DNA of 64,000 nucleotides from an uncultured Methanoregulaceae archaeon. GTDB lineage: Archaea; Halobacteriota; Methanomicrobia; Methanomicrobiales; Methanospirillaceae. Made by a program: the position numbers and the translations under genes. Below are positions 31,894-41,906 of this stretch, in pieces. Position 1 is the first letter of the stretch; the number at the start of each line of letters is the position of its first letter. Location: positions 384,001 to 448,000 of the forward strand of contig OY970061.1 of assembly GCA_963705255.1 (NCBI GenBank), read 5' to 3'. The notes beneath the pieces are model-generated. The model saw only the letters and a list, made by a program, of their open reading frames with translations. It searched no databases and was not told where the DNA came from.

Positions 31894-33882
31894 TCACATC
31901 CACAGTCCCAGCAGCCGGAACGCGATCCCGCCAAGCCCGATAGCCAGTACGATCTCGGTGAAGGAGATCGCAAGCGACCGTTTCCACCCGAACTCCGAGG
32001 CGAGCACGAAGATGACTGATATGCAGGGGATATAGAGCATCGAGACGAGTGCGATAACGATGAGCTGGACCGGGGTGAGGAAGGCCGCGAAGTTGGTCGA
32101 ACCGAAGAGCACTGCGAGAGTGAGGATGGTGAGTTCCTTTCTCACAATGCCGAAGATGAGGGTGATCCCGACAATTACGGGAAGGCCGAGCCAGAAGACT
32201 GTGACGGGAGCGAGGAGATTGTTGACCGGGTTGAGCAGGCCGACCGCGTAGAAGACCTGGATCGCGGCGCTCCCGATGATGTATGCGGGAAATACAAACC
32301 AGATAAGCGACTTTGTCCGCGCCCATGTCTGCTTTACGACGACAGAGGCTGAAGGGACATGGTAGTCCGGCATTTCCATGATCAGCCCGACCGACTCGCC
32401 CGGCACCACTTTGAAGGCGATCCTCCCGACAAGGATTATCAGGAGGATATCAAACGCATAGAGCGCGAGCGCCCACCAGATGCTGACGAATTTACCGACG
32501 AGTCCGAGAATGACAACCGTCCGGGCCGTACAGGGAATGAGGGTGACCAGAAACGCAGCGAGCAGTTTCTGCTTGGGCGATTCCATGATCCTGCAGGAGA
32601 GGCAGGCCGGGACGTTACACCCGTAGCCCAGGATGAGGGGAATGACCGCTTTGCCGTGCAGTCCCAGCTTGTGCATGCCCCTGTCGAGCATCACGGCGAT
32701 CCGGGTGAGGTAGCCGGAGTCCTCCATCACCGCGAGGAGGAGGTAGAACGGCAAGACGTACGGAATGACCAGCGTGACTCCCGCGACAAATCCCGAGAAC
32801 GCGCCGTTCCAGAGGATGCCGGCGACCGGGCCGGTGATGACCGGTTCATACGGCTCGACCTGCGAGAGGATTGTCTGGATGAAGTCGGAAATACGGGCAC
32901 CAACGACAAAGGTCCATACGAGCAACCCCCCTATAACGAGAAAGACTGCGAGATATCCGAGAAATGGGTGGAGGGCGACACGGTCGAGCCGGTCGGTCAG
33001 GGACTTTTTCTGCGGCCTCTCCGACACCGGGTGCATCATGATAACGTCTGCAGCGATCCGGTCGGCGACCTGGTACCGCTCCGCGCTCATCACTACGCAG
33101 ACCGATTCGCCGTGCATTGCCTCAATCTCCCCGGCGAGCTGTTCAGCCGTCCCGACGATGGCCGGGGCCTGCTCCTTCACGATCTTCACCATTGAGGGGT
33201 CGCGTTCGAGGAGCTTGATGGCGGTAAACCGTACGGGGTAGGGGATGGTCAGCTGCCCCAGCAGGGGGACGAGTTTTTCTATCCGTTCCTCGATCTCCTT
33301 CCCGTACCGGAGGACAGGGGGTGCCGGGCGGCGCTGCGCGAGATCGAGGATCGCATCGGTCAGCGTGGCGATCCCCTTGCCCTTGATCGCGACGGTCGGG
33401 ACGACCGGGACGCCCAGGAGTTCGGCGAGTTTCTCAGCGTCAATGGTGATCCCCTTCCTCTCCGCGAGGTCGATCTGGTTGACCGAGATGAGGAGCGGCG
33501 GGGCGAGTTCGAGGAGCTGGATGGTAAAAAAGAGATTCCGCTCCAGTGCCGAAGCATCGATGACGTTGACGACAGCATCCGGCCGCTCGAGGGCGATGAA
33601 GTCGCGGGAGACGAGTTCCTCCATCGAGTAGGTTGAGAAGGAGTAGATGCCGGGAAGGTCGATGATCCGGATCCGGTGCCCTTTGTACTGGAGGAGGTCT
33701 TCCGCACGCTCGACTGTCTTCCCCGGCCAGTTTCCGATGATCTGGTCGACCCCGGTGAGCTGGTTGAAGGTCACGCTCTTTCCGACGTTTGCGTTGCCTG
33801 CGAGCGCTACAGTATATTCGGCGTCTTTTATTTTGGTCTCGCCTTTTGGTGGGCAGGCCTTGCACTCCCCGCATCCGCTCAT
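31894..33882 (-). CDS. feoB: Ferrous iron transporter B
   Basis: GNANVGKS, GNWPGKTVE, DLPGIYS, EDSGYL, GYGCNVPA, IPCTAR and LYIPC motifs. Confidence 0.95.
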   Translation of the reverse strand: MSGCGECKACPPKGETKIKDAEYTVALAGNANVGKSVTFNQLTGVDQIIGNWPGKTVERAEDLLQYKGHRIRIIDLPGIYSFSTYSMEELVSRDFIALERPDAVVNVIDASALERNLFFTIQLLELAPPLLISVNQIDLAERKGITIDAEKLAELLGVPVVPTVAIKGKGIATLTDAILDLAQRRPAPPVLRYGKEIEERIEKLVPLLGQLTIPYPVRFTAIKLLERDPSMVKIVKEQAPAIVGTAEQLAGEIEAMHGESVCVVMSAERYQVADRIAADVIMMHPVSERPQKKSLTDRLDRVALHPFLGYLAVFLVIGGLLVWTFVVGARISDFIQTILSQVEPYEPVITGPVAGILWNGAFSGFVAGVTLVIPYVLPFYLLLAVMEDSGYLTRIAVMLDRGMHKLGLHGKAVIPLILGYGCNVPACLSCRIMESPKQKLLAAFLVTLIPCTARTVVILGLVGKFVSIWWALALYAFDILLIILVGRIAFKVVPGESVGLIMEMPDYHVPSASVVVKQTWARTKSLIWFVFPAYIIGSAAIQVFYAVGLLNPVNNLLAPVTVFWLGLPVIVGITLIFGIVRKELTILTLAVLFGSTNFAAFLTPVQLIVIALVSMLYIPCISVIFVLASEFGWKRSLAISFTEIVLAIGLGGIAFRLLGLWM

Positions 33883-34598
33883 GATTGCCCAGCCCGCGGA
33901 GCATCGACAAAGATGTTCTCGGCGATGGCATGGTCAATGGCAAGCTTTGTCCGCCGGACGAACACCTCAACCGGCCCGTTCATGGGGGCTTTCCGCGTCA
34001 CGGATACCGTAGTCCCAAGTGTAAGCCCGAGATCGGAGAGGCGCTGGACGATCCTGCAGTCCCCGCGGATGAATGCGATCTTTCCCTTGTCCTCGGGGCC
34101 GAGGTCCGTGATCGGAATGATCTTCCGCTCCCGTGCTGCCAGGGTCTCTCCCGTTTCTGCTTCGGTCCTGCACTCGGCACAGTTCGTGATACCTTTGTCG
34201 CACGGGCCGATCGGGCTCCCGTGCGGGCAGCGCGAAGGCGCGTCCAGCATCTTACAGAGGGCACATTCGGTCTCTTCTGAGATGGTGTGCTCCATCTTGC
34301 AGGCCTCGTCGTGCACCTTCTCCCGGTTGATCTTGAGGACATCGGTCAGGAATACCTCGAGGAGGCGGTGGCGGCGCTTAATCCTCTCCGCAATCGTCCT
34401 GCCCGCTTCCGTCAGGGTTGCACCCTGGTACGGCTCGTACTGGATGAGCCCTTTCTTCTCAAGATTGTGGAGGGACTCGGTAACGCTTGCGGGAGCAACA
34501 TCGAGACATTTTGCAATCGCCGTCGTCTTCGCTGAACCGTCCATCTTCTGAAGATCGTAGATCGACTCGAGGTATTCTTCCGTGTGTTCCTGCGCCAT
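33879..34598 (-). CDS. DtxR/MntR family metal-dependent repressor with C-terminal FeoA domain
   Basis: EEYLESIY, RRHRLLEVFL, EACKMEH and CPHGSPI, then FeoA-like RLSDLGLTLG..APMNGP. Confidence 0.92.
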   Translation of the reverse strand: MAQEHTEEYLESIYDLQKMDGSAKTTAIAKCLDVAPASVTESLHNLEKKGLIQYEPYQGATLTEAGRTIAERIKRRHRLLEVFLTDVLKINREKVHDEACKMEHTISEETECALCKMLDAPSRCPHGSPIGPCDKGITNCAECRTEAETGETLAARERKIIPITDLGPEDKGKIAFIRGDCRIVQRLSDLGLTLGTTVSVTRKAPMNGPVEVFVRRTKLAIDHAIAENIFVDAPRAGQS

Positions 34599-34607
34599 CG
34601 TACCAGA

Positions 34608-34627
34608 TATTTAGGATGTCCTAAATA
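34608..34627. promoter_or_regulatory. Palindromic DtxR-type operator overlapping the dtxR-feoB promoter
   Basis: TATTTAGGA-TG-TCCTAAATA has perfect 9-bp arms, 10 bp upstream of the ATG. TTAGG..CCTAA half-sites resemble DtxR-family boxes. Confidence 0.75.
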
Positions 34628-34911
34628 AATAAAGATTCAGGTTAAGCTAAAAATCAGGATCGCTGTGTGCCACAATTCTGCCAATCCTTCAACAAAGGAA
34701 CAGAACCGGCGCCCGTACAAAAGGGGATTCCCAATTGGTCCATACCGATACACCTGCGCCCGATCCGCGACCCCTTTTTCTCCGGCCCTTCAGCACAATC
34801 CGGTTATCCATTCTTCGATCCAATCGGAAGGAATATAGAATCCGGAAAATGAACATATTCTGATCTTTGTGAGATTCACAAAAATACCATAAAATAATCT
34901 GGGAATGGATT

Positions 34912-37581
34912 ATGCTTTCATTAAAAATCAGATGGGATACCCGTTCTAGGATCGCGGCGGTTATCCTTTTTTTTATGGCCATAGCCCTCCTTCTCCGTCT
35001 CATTCCCGCGTTGTTTATCAAGGATGCAGGTTTTTTGTATACCTATGACACGGACGGATGGTACACCCTGCGCCAGATCGAGGTGATGGTGCACCATTTC
35101 CCGCAGTACAACTGGTTTGACCCTATGACTGCGTACCCCACCGGGAAATTTATCGACTGGGGGCCGCTGTATCCCCTTATCGCTGCACTTTTCTGCCTGA
35201 TCGGCGGGGCGACATCCCAGGCTGCGATCGTTTCAGCGGCCGGCTGGGTCTCCCCGATCATGGCCATGCTCATGGTCCCGGTTGTGTACTACGTGGGAAA
35301 GACGATCTGGGACTGGCGGGCCGGGATCGTTGCTGCCGGCCTTGTTGCAGTGATATCCTACCACTATTTCTTCCTCTCGTCCTACGGCCTGATCGGGCAC
35401 CACATCGCCGAAGCTCTCTTCAGCACGATATTTTTGCTGGTATATCTTTCCTCTCTCGCGTATACACGAAAATACGGACTGGACAGAAAAGATCTCCGCA
35501 CATTTTATGTTCCGGTACTGCTTGCTCTCGGAGGAGGCGTTATCTATTTTTGCGCACTGCTTGCTTCGCAGACGGTTATCCTGCTATTGTTCGTTGTGGG
35601 CATCTTTACCTTTATCCAGAGCATTCTTGATCACTGTACCGGCCGGTCTTCCCTTGACCTTCTGATCCTGAATGGAATCTCCCTTTTGGTATCGGCAGCG
35701 CTCCTGCTCCTTTTTGGATTCAAACAGACCGGTTTCTCGATCACCCAGTATTCCCCTGGCCTTGTGTATGTGCATCTTGCCGTTCTCGCCGAGACCGGGC
35801 TGCTCGTGGGTATCTCTTCGATATTTATGGGGAAGAGGTACTCCTATTTATTCAGCATCGGCGCACTATGCGCAGCGGGGATTGCCGTGATCGAACTATA
35901 TCCCCCCTTCCAGTATCTGAGTGCTCAGGGACTTGGACTCATATTTGGATCCATGCAGTATTCAGTGGGCGTTGTGGAAACACAGCCCCTCACCCTGCCG
36001 CTGGCGTGGGACTATTTCGGGCTTGCCCTTCTCCTTACCGTTGGCGGGTTCCTGGTGCTGGGATATTCTGTCCTGAAAAAACCGAAGGCCGAATGGATCT
36101 TTCTTTTGATCTGGTCAATCGTGATGCTCCTGTTGACCGTCAAGTTCCAGAGATTTGATTACTACAGCACCGTCAATATCGTGCTTTTGAGTGCCATCTG
36201 CATCACGGAGCCCTTCCGCTGGCAGGATGCCGGCGTGAAAGCAAAAATCTCTTCCCTAGTATCCCGGATTGTCCCGGCTCCTTCAGCTGCTTCAGGAGTG
36301 GAAGGCCCTCAGGGAAGACCGTCGGGTGCTCCTGAACGTTCGGGGAAGAAAAAGAGGACCCCCCGTTCCCGGGATGACCGGGATGCCAGGGGGACGCTTA
36401 AGGTCCTGTGCCTGGCACTGGTCCTTCTCCTTACCGTGGTTCTTGTGGGTGTTTCCGTGTACAAGGATCTCGATCAGGGGCTCCACACGCCGGATCATGA
36501 ACTGTCTCCCGACTGGATCGAATCGCTCAGATGGCTTGGAAATGCCACGCCTGCCACGGGAGTCGATTATTTTGGCGAGTACCCGTCTTCCGGGTATAGG
36601 TATCCCAACAGCTGGTACGGGATCCTGGCATCATGGGATTCCGGCCACTGGATCACGTTCTTTGCGCACCGGATCCCGATCACCAATCCGTTCCAGGACA
36701 ACCTTGCCGGCAGCAACGGTGCTGACGCTTTCTTCCTTGAGCAGAACGAGCCACAGGCTGATGCGATCCTGGAAGGCCTCGGTGGGCGGTACGTTATCGT
36801 CGACTCGACCCTCGCGGTAGACAAATTCACGAACCTTATCCCCTGGGCGAGCGATTCGACCGATATTTCGCCCTACATCTCGTGGTTCATGCTCCCGGAG
36901 CCTGGCAACACCAAAAATCTGGACAAGGTCCACCGGTTCAACGACGGGTATTTCCAGACGGTGGTCTCCCGTCTCTACAACTTTGACGGATCCATGACCA
37001 TGCCAGTGAATGCGGAGTATATCCCGTACGTCATCCGGCAGGTACCAGCGGCAGGGGAATCCGCAGGGGATGTAAACGGGTACGCAAGAGTGATCTCGGG
37101 TGATGTGCCGGTCGATATCTCTTCGGGGACCGGGAACCTCACGCTCATACCGGAGGGGCAGGTGCTTTCTTCATCGGCCTATGCCGGCCTCTATTCCAGT
37201 CTCCCGTACGAGCCGGTCGCGACCGTTCCGGCCCTGAAACATTACCGGCTCGTCCACGAATCACCGGACAATGCGTCTGTCGCGGCATTTCCCGAGTCGG
37301 ATACCGTCATGCTCCCCGATATAAAATCGGTCAAGGTTTTTGAGTATGTCAAGGGGGCACAGATAACCGGTGACGGGATCATTGAGGTCCACGTCATCAC
37401 CAACACGGGACGGACCTTTGTCTACCGCCAGGCGAGCGAGAACGGTATGTTTACCGTGCCGTATTCTACGTCGGGTTCATCCTGCGAGGTCAGGGTGACA
37501 GGGCCATACCATATCCTTGGGACAGACCGCTACATCAACGTGACCGAGGAAGACGTGATGCAGGGCAACCGGATTTCCTGA
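34912..37581 (+). CDS. aglB: Oligosaccharyltransferase AglB/STT3 family, divergent motifs
   Basis: WFDPMTAYPTG..WGPLY, about 13 TMs, QRFDYY, WDSGHWI..RIPITNPFQ, LKHYRLVHES and TNTGRTFVYRQ. Confidence 0.9.
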   Translation: MLSLKIRWDTRSRIAAVILFFMAIALLLRLIPALFIKDAGFLYTYDTDGWYTLRQIEVMVHHFPQYNWFDPMTAYPTGKFIDWGPLYPLIAALFCLIGGATSQAAIVSAAGWVSPIMAMLMVPVVYYVGKTIWDWRAGIVAAGLVAVISYHYFFLSSYGLIGHHIAEALFSTIFLLVYLSSLAYTRKYGLDRKDLRTFYVPVLLALGGGVIYFCALLASQTVILLLFVVGIFTFIQSILDHCTGRSSLDLLILNGISLLVSAALLLLFGFKQTGFSITQYSPGLVYVHLAVLAETGLLVGISSIFMGKRYSYLFSIGALCAAGIAVIELYPPFQYLSAQGLGLIFGSMQYSVGVVETQPLTLPLAWDYFGLALLLTVGGFLVLGYSVLKKPKAEWIFLLIWSIVMLLLTVKFQRFDYYSTVNIVLLSAICITEPFRWQDAGVKAKISSLVSRIVPAPSAASGVEGPQGRPSGAPERSGKKKRTPRSRDDRDARGTLKVLCLALVLLLTVVLVGVSVYKDLDQGLHTPDHELSPDWIESLRWLGNATPATGVDYFGEYPSSGYRYPNSWYGILASWDSGHWITFFAHRIPITNPFQDNLAGSNGADAFFLEQNEPQADAILEGLGGRYVIVDSTLAVDKFTNLIPWASDSTDISPYISWFMLPEPGNTKNLDKVHRFNDGYFQTVVSRLYNFDGSMTMPVNAEYIPYVIRQVPAAGESAGDVNGYARVISGDVPVDISSGTGNLTLIPEGQVLSSSAYAGLYSSLPYEPVATVPALKHYRLVHESPDNASVAAFPESDTVMLPDIKSVKVFEYVKGAQITGDGIIEVHVITNTGRTFVYRQASENGMFTVPYSTSGSSCEVRVTGPYHILGTDRYINVTEEDVMQGNRIS

Positions 37582-37628
37582 AGGATCTCTTTCGGGACTG
37601 TACAAGCTTGTCAATCAACAGAAAAAAT

Positions 37629-37919
37629 TCAATAATACCCATATTTCTTATGCGCTTGTTCTATCGTAAGTATATCCTCTACAATAACCAGTTTTTCAAC
37701 GTCATCGATGGTATAAAACGCGGTATAACGGTGAGAGATATGCAGGCGGTAGATGATTACGCCGCCTCTTAAAACCAGTTTTTCTTTATCCCCGTGGCGT
37801 CCCGGATATGGATCATTTTCAAGACGTTTCAGGGCATTTTTGATTATTCTGCGTGTCTTATCCGGTAGACAATTAACATCCTCTGATATTTCATACCAGA
37901 GTTTAAGTTCAAAGGTCAA
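37629..37919 (-). CDS. RelE/ParE family toxin
   Basis: 96 aa; LP..RRIIKNALKRLENDPYPG..DKEKL..YRLHISHRYTAFY..AHKKYG; overlaps the antitoxin stop. Confidence 0.8.
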   Translation of the reverse strand: MTFELKLWYEISEDVNCLPDKTRRIIKNALKRLENDPYPGRHGDKEKLVLRGGVIIYRLHISHRYTAFYTIDDVEKLVIVEDILTIEQAHKKYGYY

Positions 37920-38116
37920 TCCTTAATCTCCGAAAGAGATACGTAATCTCCTTTTTTCCTCTGACTCCACCTCTTTACATCTTCCTCAAGACGCCGTTTT
38001 TTGCGCTCCTCTATCATATCCGCAAGGAGCTCAGAATACGTCTGACCAGCCGAACGCATCTCTGCAAGATCCTTCCATATTGGTTCGGATACCGGGATCC
38101 GCTTTACTGCTGACAT
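37916..38116 (-). CDS. Putative antitoxin (RHH-like N-terminus)
   Basis: KRIPVSEPIWKDL..GQTYSELL and a C-terminal YVSLSEI, directly upstream of the RelE-like gene. Confidence 0.75.
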   Translation of the reverse strand: MSAVKRIPVSEPIWKDLAEMRSAGQTYSELLADMIEERKKRRLEEDVKRWSQRKKGDYVSLSEIKD

Positions 38117-38312
38117 GATCATATTGTAAGTATGGCACACATGAAAAATATTATCACCATTTATCCGCTCCTGCAACCTCTTCCCGGAAAATCTCCCGGG
38201 CGGTCAGGACTCTCACGATAAAAGCACCAACTGATGGAGAAGGACAATTAAAATTGCAGGCAGAGCCGTTTCAGTTCAGAAGAATGCAGGCCTTTATAGT
38301 GTTGTACCCCGG

Positions 38313-39473
38313 CTAGTGAGCCGGTCCTGTTTTTGCAATCACCGATTGGTAATACTCTTCGCACTCTGCCGCGATGCAATCCCAGTTGTATGCTGCCACA
38401 GTTGTGATACAGGCCTCGCGCATCTCCGCATGGTGCCCGAGCGCCCTGCGGATCTTTTCCGCGAGATTCTCCGCTGAAATGGACGAGAGGAACCCGTTTT
38501 TCTCCGTGATGAGATCCCGGACGGCGTTTGCCGGGTGATCGATTGTCACTACGGGCAGTCCGCACGCGAGCGCTTCGAGCGCGGTTATCCCGAATCCCTC
38601 GCGGGTTGACGGGAGCACGAAGACTTTTGAAGACTTGAAAAACCCGATGAGATCGCTATGATCTTCACAGAATCCTTTCAAGATAATATGATCTTCCAGC
38701 CCCGGTTTCCGGATCAGCGACTGTATCCAATCGCGTTCCGGCCCGTCGCCGATAATGAGAACCTTAAGATCAGGAAAATGCGGGACAAGCAGCGCCGTGG
38801 CCTCGATGAGGAGGTCCACGTGTTTCTCCCGGATCAGCCTGCCGGGAAAGATGAGATCGGATCTCTTTTCGGATGAACGGGCCGCGGCGATCTCTGCGAG
38901 GTCAATCCCGTTGGGGATGACGACAGGACGCAATCCGGGAGACAGGCGCCGGAGTCGTCCCGCGGTTGTCTCCGATACCGCGATGGTATCGGGCGTTATC
39001 CGGGAAACGAACCGCTCGGTGATCTTTCCGAACACTCCTTGGTATCCCAGGTACTCGTACCAGTAGTCGTCCCAGACCTCGTGCCAGGTGATGACAAGCG
39101 GTGTTCTTTTGATGATGGCAAGGAATTTTGCCGAGAGGCAGGAGAAAAAAGGAAACTGCTGGCAGTCGATGATATCGAACCGGTACCTTCCTAAGTGCGG
39201 GATGAGCCGGAGGCCGAAATTACATGCTTCTCCCACGGTCCTTTTTCCCCCGGCATAGAGGGGACGTGACGGGCAGACCCCATGCAGGATCACCCCGTCG
39301 CGGATCAGGATATCTTCCCCCTCCCAGTATTTCATGCCGAAGAGGTGGACCTCGTGGCCCCTTTTTGAAAGCCGCACCGCCAGCTCCCGGACCCGTTTCT
39401 CCACCCCACCTTTCACGTACGGGTAGATGACATCATAGACAAACGCGATCTTCATCCGATCCGTTTCAGGCAT
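38313..39473 (-). CDS. Glycosyltransferase family 4
   Basis: GGVEKRV, TWHEVW, GRLIREKHVD and PSTREGFGITALEALACG. Confidence 0.92.
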   Translation of the reverse strand: MPETDRMKIAFVYDVIYPYVKGGVEKRVRELAVRLSKRGHEVHLFGMKYWEGEDILIRDGVILHGVCPSRPLYAGGKRTVGEACNFGLRLIPHLGRYRFDIIDCQQFPFFSCLSAKFLAIIKRTPLVITWHEVWDDYWYEYLGYQGVFGKITERFVSRITPDTIAVSETTAGRLRRLSPGLRPVVIPNGIDLAEIAAARSSEKRSDLIFPGRLIREKHVDLLIEATALLVPHFPDLKVLIIGDGPERDWIQSLIRKPGLEDHIILKGFCEDHSDLIGFFKSSKVFVLPSTREGFGITALEALACGLPVVTIDHPANAVRDLITEKNGFLSSISAENLAEKIRRALGHHAEMREACITTVAAYNWDCIAAECEEYYQSVIAKTGPAH

Positions 39474-40622
39474 GGCCGTTGTTCTCGTTCAGGAGCATCA
39501 TGCTCTGGAAGATGGCAAAGAGGAAGACCTGGATGCCGCTCACGATCAGGACCAGTGACACGATCGCTGTGGAGATCTCCGAGAGGAATCCGAACCCGAC
39601 GGAGACCCACTGGATCAGGATATTGAGGCCGAGGATTACGCCACCCAGAATAAGGATGATGCCAAGGACGAGGAATTTTTCCAGGCTGCTGTACTGCATG
39701 ACGAGCGTGATGATGCCTGCTTTCCTCTCATACCCATGGATGACCGAATAGGACTTCATCAGAAATGCGGTAAGGAGCACCTGGACACCGCCCATAATCA
39801 GGATGGCGCCGACGATGAACGTGTGGAGGTGCGAGGACTCGACATTCCCTTCAAGGGCAAAGAAGGCCATCAGGAGGAGCCCGACCAGCGAGAACAACAG
39901 CCCCGGTATGGCAAGGAACGGAAGGGGCTTCATGAGAAGCACGAACCGGATGTGCCGCCATCCGTCGGCAAAACTGTGTAACTTGGATGGTGCTGCCCGT
40001 GGATAATAACTGACCGGGACTTCTTCGATATGCAGCCCCTCTTTTGAAGCCATCACGAGCATCTCGGATGCAAATTCCATCCCGCCGGTCTTCAGGTCGA
40101 GTTGCTCGAGCGCATCGCGGGTGATTGCCCGAAAACCGCTGTGAGTGTCCGTGAAACAGGTATGGAAGATGTGGTTGATCATCCACGTGAGGAGCGGGTT
40201 GCCGATGTACCGGTGCAGGGGGGACATCGAGCCCGGGTGGATGGTACCCGGAACCGGGACCCGATGACGAAGTCCGCACCGCTGTTTAACGGTTCCAGGA
40301 GGAAGGGAATCTCGGAAAAATCATAGGTATCGTCGGCATCGCCCATGACGATGATGCGGCCCTGCGCGTGCCGGAACGCGCTCAGGTAGGCGTTGCCGTA
40401 CCCGCCCTTTTCCGGCGTGATAACCCGCGCACCCAGCGACTGCGCGATCTCCGGTGTCCGGTCGGCCGAGGAGTCGGCAATGATGATCTCGCCGCTTAGG
40501 TTTTTGCTGCGGAAGACGGCCTGGATTTTTTTTATGCATTCGCTAATGGTACGTTCTTCATCAAGCGTGGGGAGGATTACCGAGACTTCGACCGGGGATC
40601 CGCTGAGTGGGGAGGGTTCCAT
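39466..40622 (-). CDS. GT2 dolichol-phosphate glycosyltransferase with C-terminal TMs (frameshift ~40248)
   Basis: VSVILPTLDEE, GYGNAY, GDADDTYD and IGSRF, then DTHSGFRA and GMEFASEM. Confidence 0.88.
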
Positions 40623-40775
40623 TGGTTGTCCTGTATTGGATTGGAGGATGTATGAAAATAATGGATGTTACATTGAATAAAATCATTGGGGAACCAGTTA
40701 TTTCATCCAAGAAGAACTTCAAACCCATTCTCGCTCGCGAATCCAGCCACCAGATACTCACACGTTTTCCCTTAA

Positions 40776-41702
40776 TTATACAATATTTTTCATCGCGTAC
40801 CGGCCACCAACGGCAAAATGAAAGAGCATGGTCACTCCCCGATCAAGTATTGCGAGTGAGAGCGCAGCCGAAACAGGCATCCCCAATCCGACAAGAACTG
40901 CCGTCATCCCCCCTTCGACAAGTCCCAGGCCGGAGAGCGTGATCGGGATGATGGAGAGCGCGCTGATCAGGGGCAGAATCAGGAATAATTCCGGGAGCGG
41001 GAGTGAATAGCCCAGCCCCAACGCTATCAGGACAACGCGAAGAGCCTGGAAAACCCATGCCAGAACGGTGAGAAGAATGCCTTTGACAAAGACATTCCTC
41101 TCATTCCGGAATTCGGAGATTGCGGTCTGGACCTGTGCCGTAAAAGCCTGAATTCCAAAGTACGGAATTTTCTGGGTCCATGAAAATATCCTCTCATTCT
41201 GCCAGAAGAGGATGATGGCACCCACAAAGACCACAACAAGAACGATGAGGGAGACCACGGGAAGTACCGATGCAAAATGTGAGGAATATACCACGACTGC
41301 AGCGATGCCCAGAGTGGTCAGGACTATGATATCGATGAACCGGTCTATTATCACCGAGACGGTACCCTTGTGGAGATCCATCCGGTCTCTCACCAGAACT
41401 GCACGGGTGAGATCGCCGATCCGCCCCGGAGTGAAATCAGAATAGAGAACTCCTCCGGCAAATGCCTGGTACGCTTCCCCTAACGGGAGGTACCCCCTCA
41501 TATGCGCAACGATGATCTTCCAGCGGATGGTGAGTATGAGAAATGCAAGAGCATAGACCAGGATTGCGGCGATCACAAAAACCGGGTTGATGGATCTTAT
41601 GGAACTGATTACTGCAGACGGAGATACAAACAAGAGCAACAGGATTATGAGAATCAGTCCAATGGTCAGGCGCAGAAAAAACTTCACCGGGAGACGAGCC
41701 AT
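40776..41702 (-). CDS. Flippase-like / lysylphosphatidylglycerol synthase TM domain protein
   Basis: RWK, TPGRIGD..R, DRFID and PITLSGLGLVEG motifs. Confidence 0.85.
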   Translation of the reverse strand: MARLPVKFFLRLTIGLILIILLLLFVSPSAVISSIRSINPVFVIAAILVYALAFLILTIRWKIIVAHMRGYLPLGEAYQAFAGGVLYSDFTPGRIGDLTRAVLVRDRMDLHKGTVSVIIDRFIDIIVLTTLGIAAVVVYSSHFASVLPVVSLIVLVVVFVGAIILFWQNERIFSWTQKIPYFGIQAFTAQVQTAISEFRNERNVFVKGILLTVLAWVFQALRVVLIALGLGYSLPLPELFLILPLISALSIIPITLSGLGLVEGGMTAVLVGLGMPVSAALSLAILDRGVTMLFHFAVGGRYAMKNIV

Positions 41703-41906
41703 TCCATAGTTGACTGAGAAGTAATCCTTTTTAATACCAGTGCACGGGATCGAAAAACTGGAGCCCCCTCATTTTGAGAGGGTATTGATAAAGACACGGT
41801 AGAGGGGTACGAAAATCTCCGGAACCCGTGAAATTACATAAAAAATCATCCATTCCGGAGGAATACCGGTCCGTTATTCTGAACCAGACCGATCCAAGGG
41901 AGGTTC

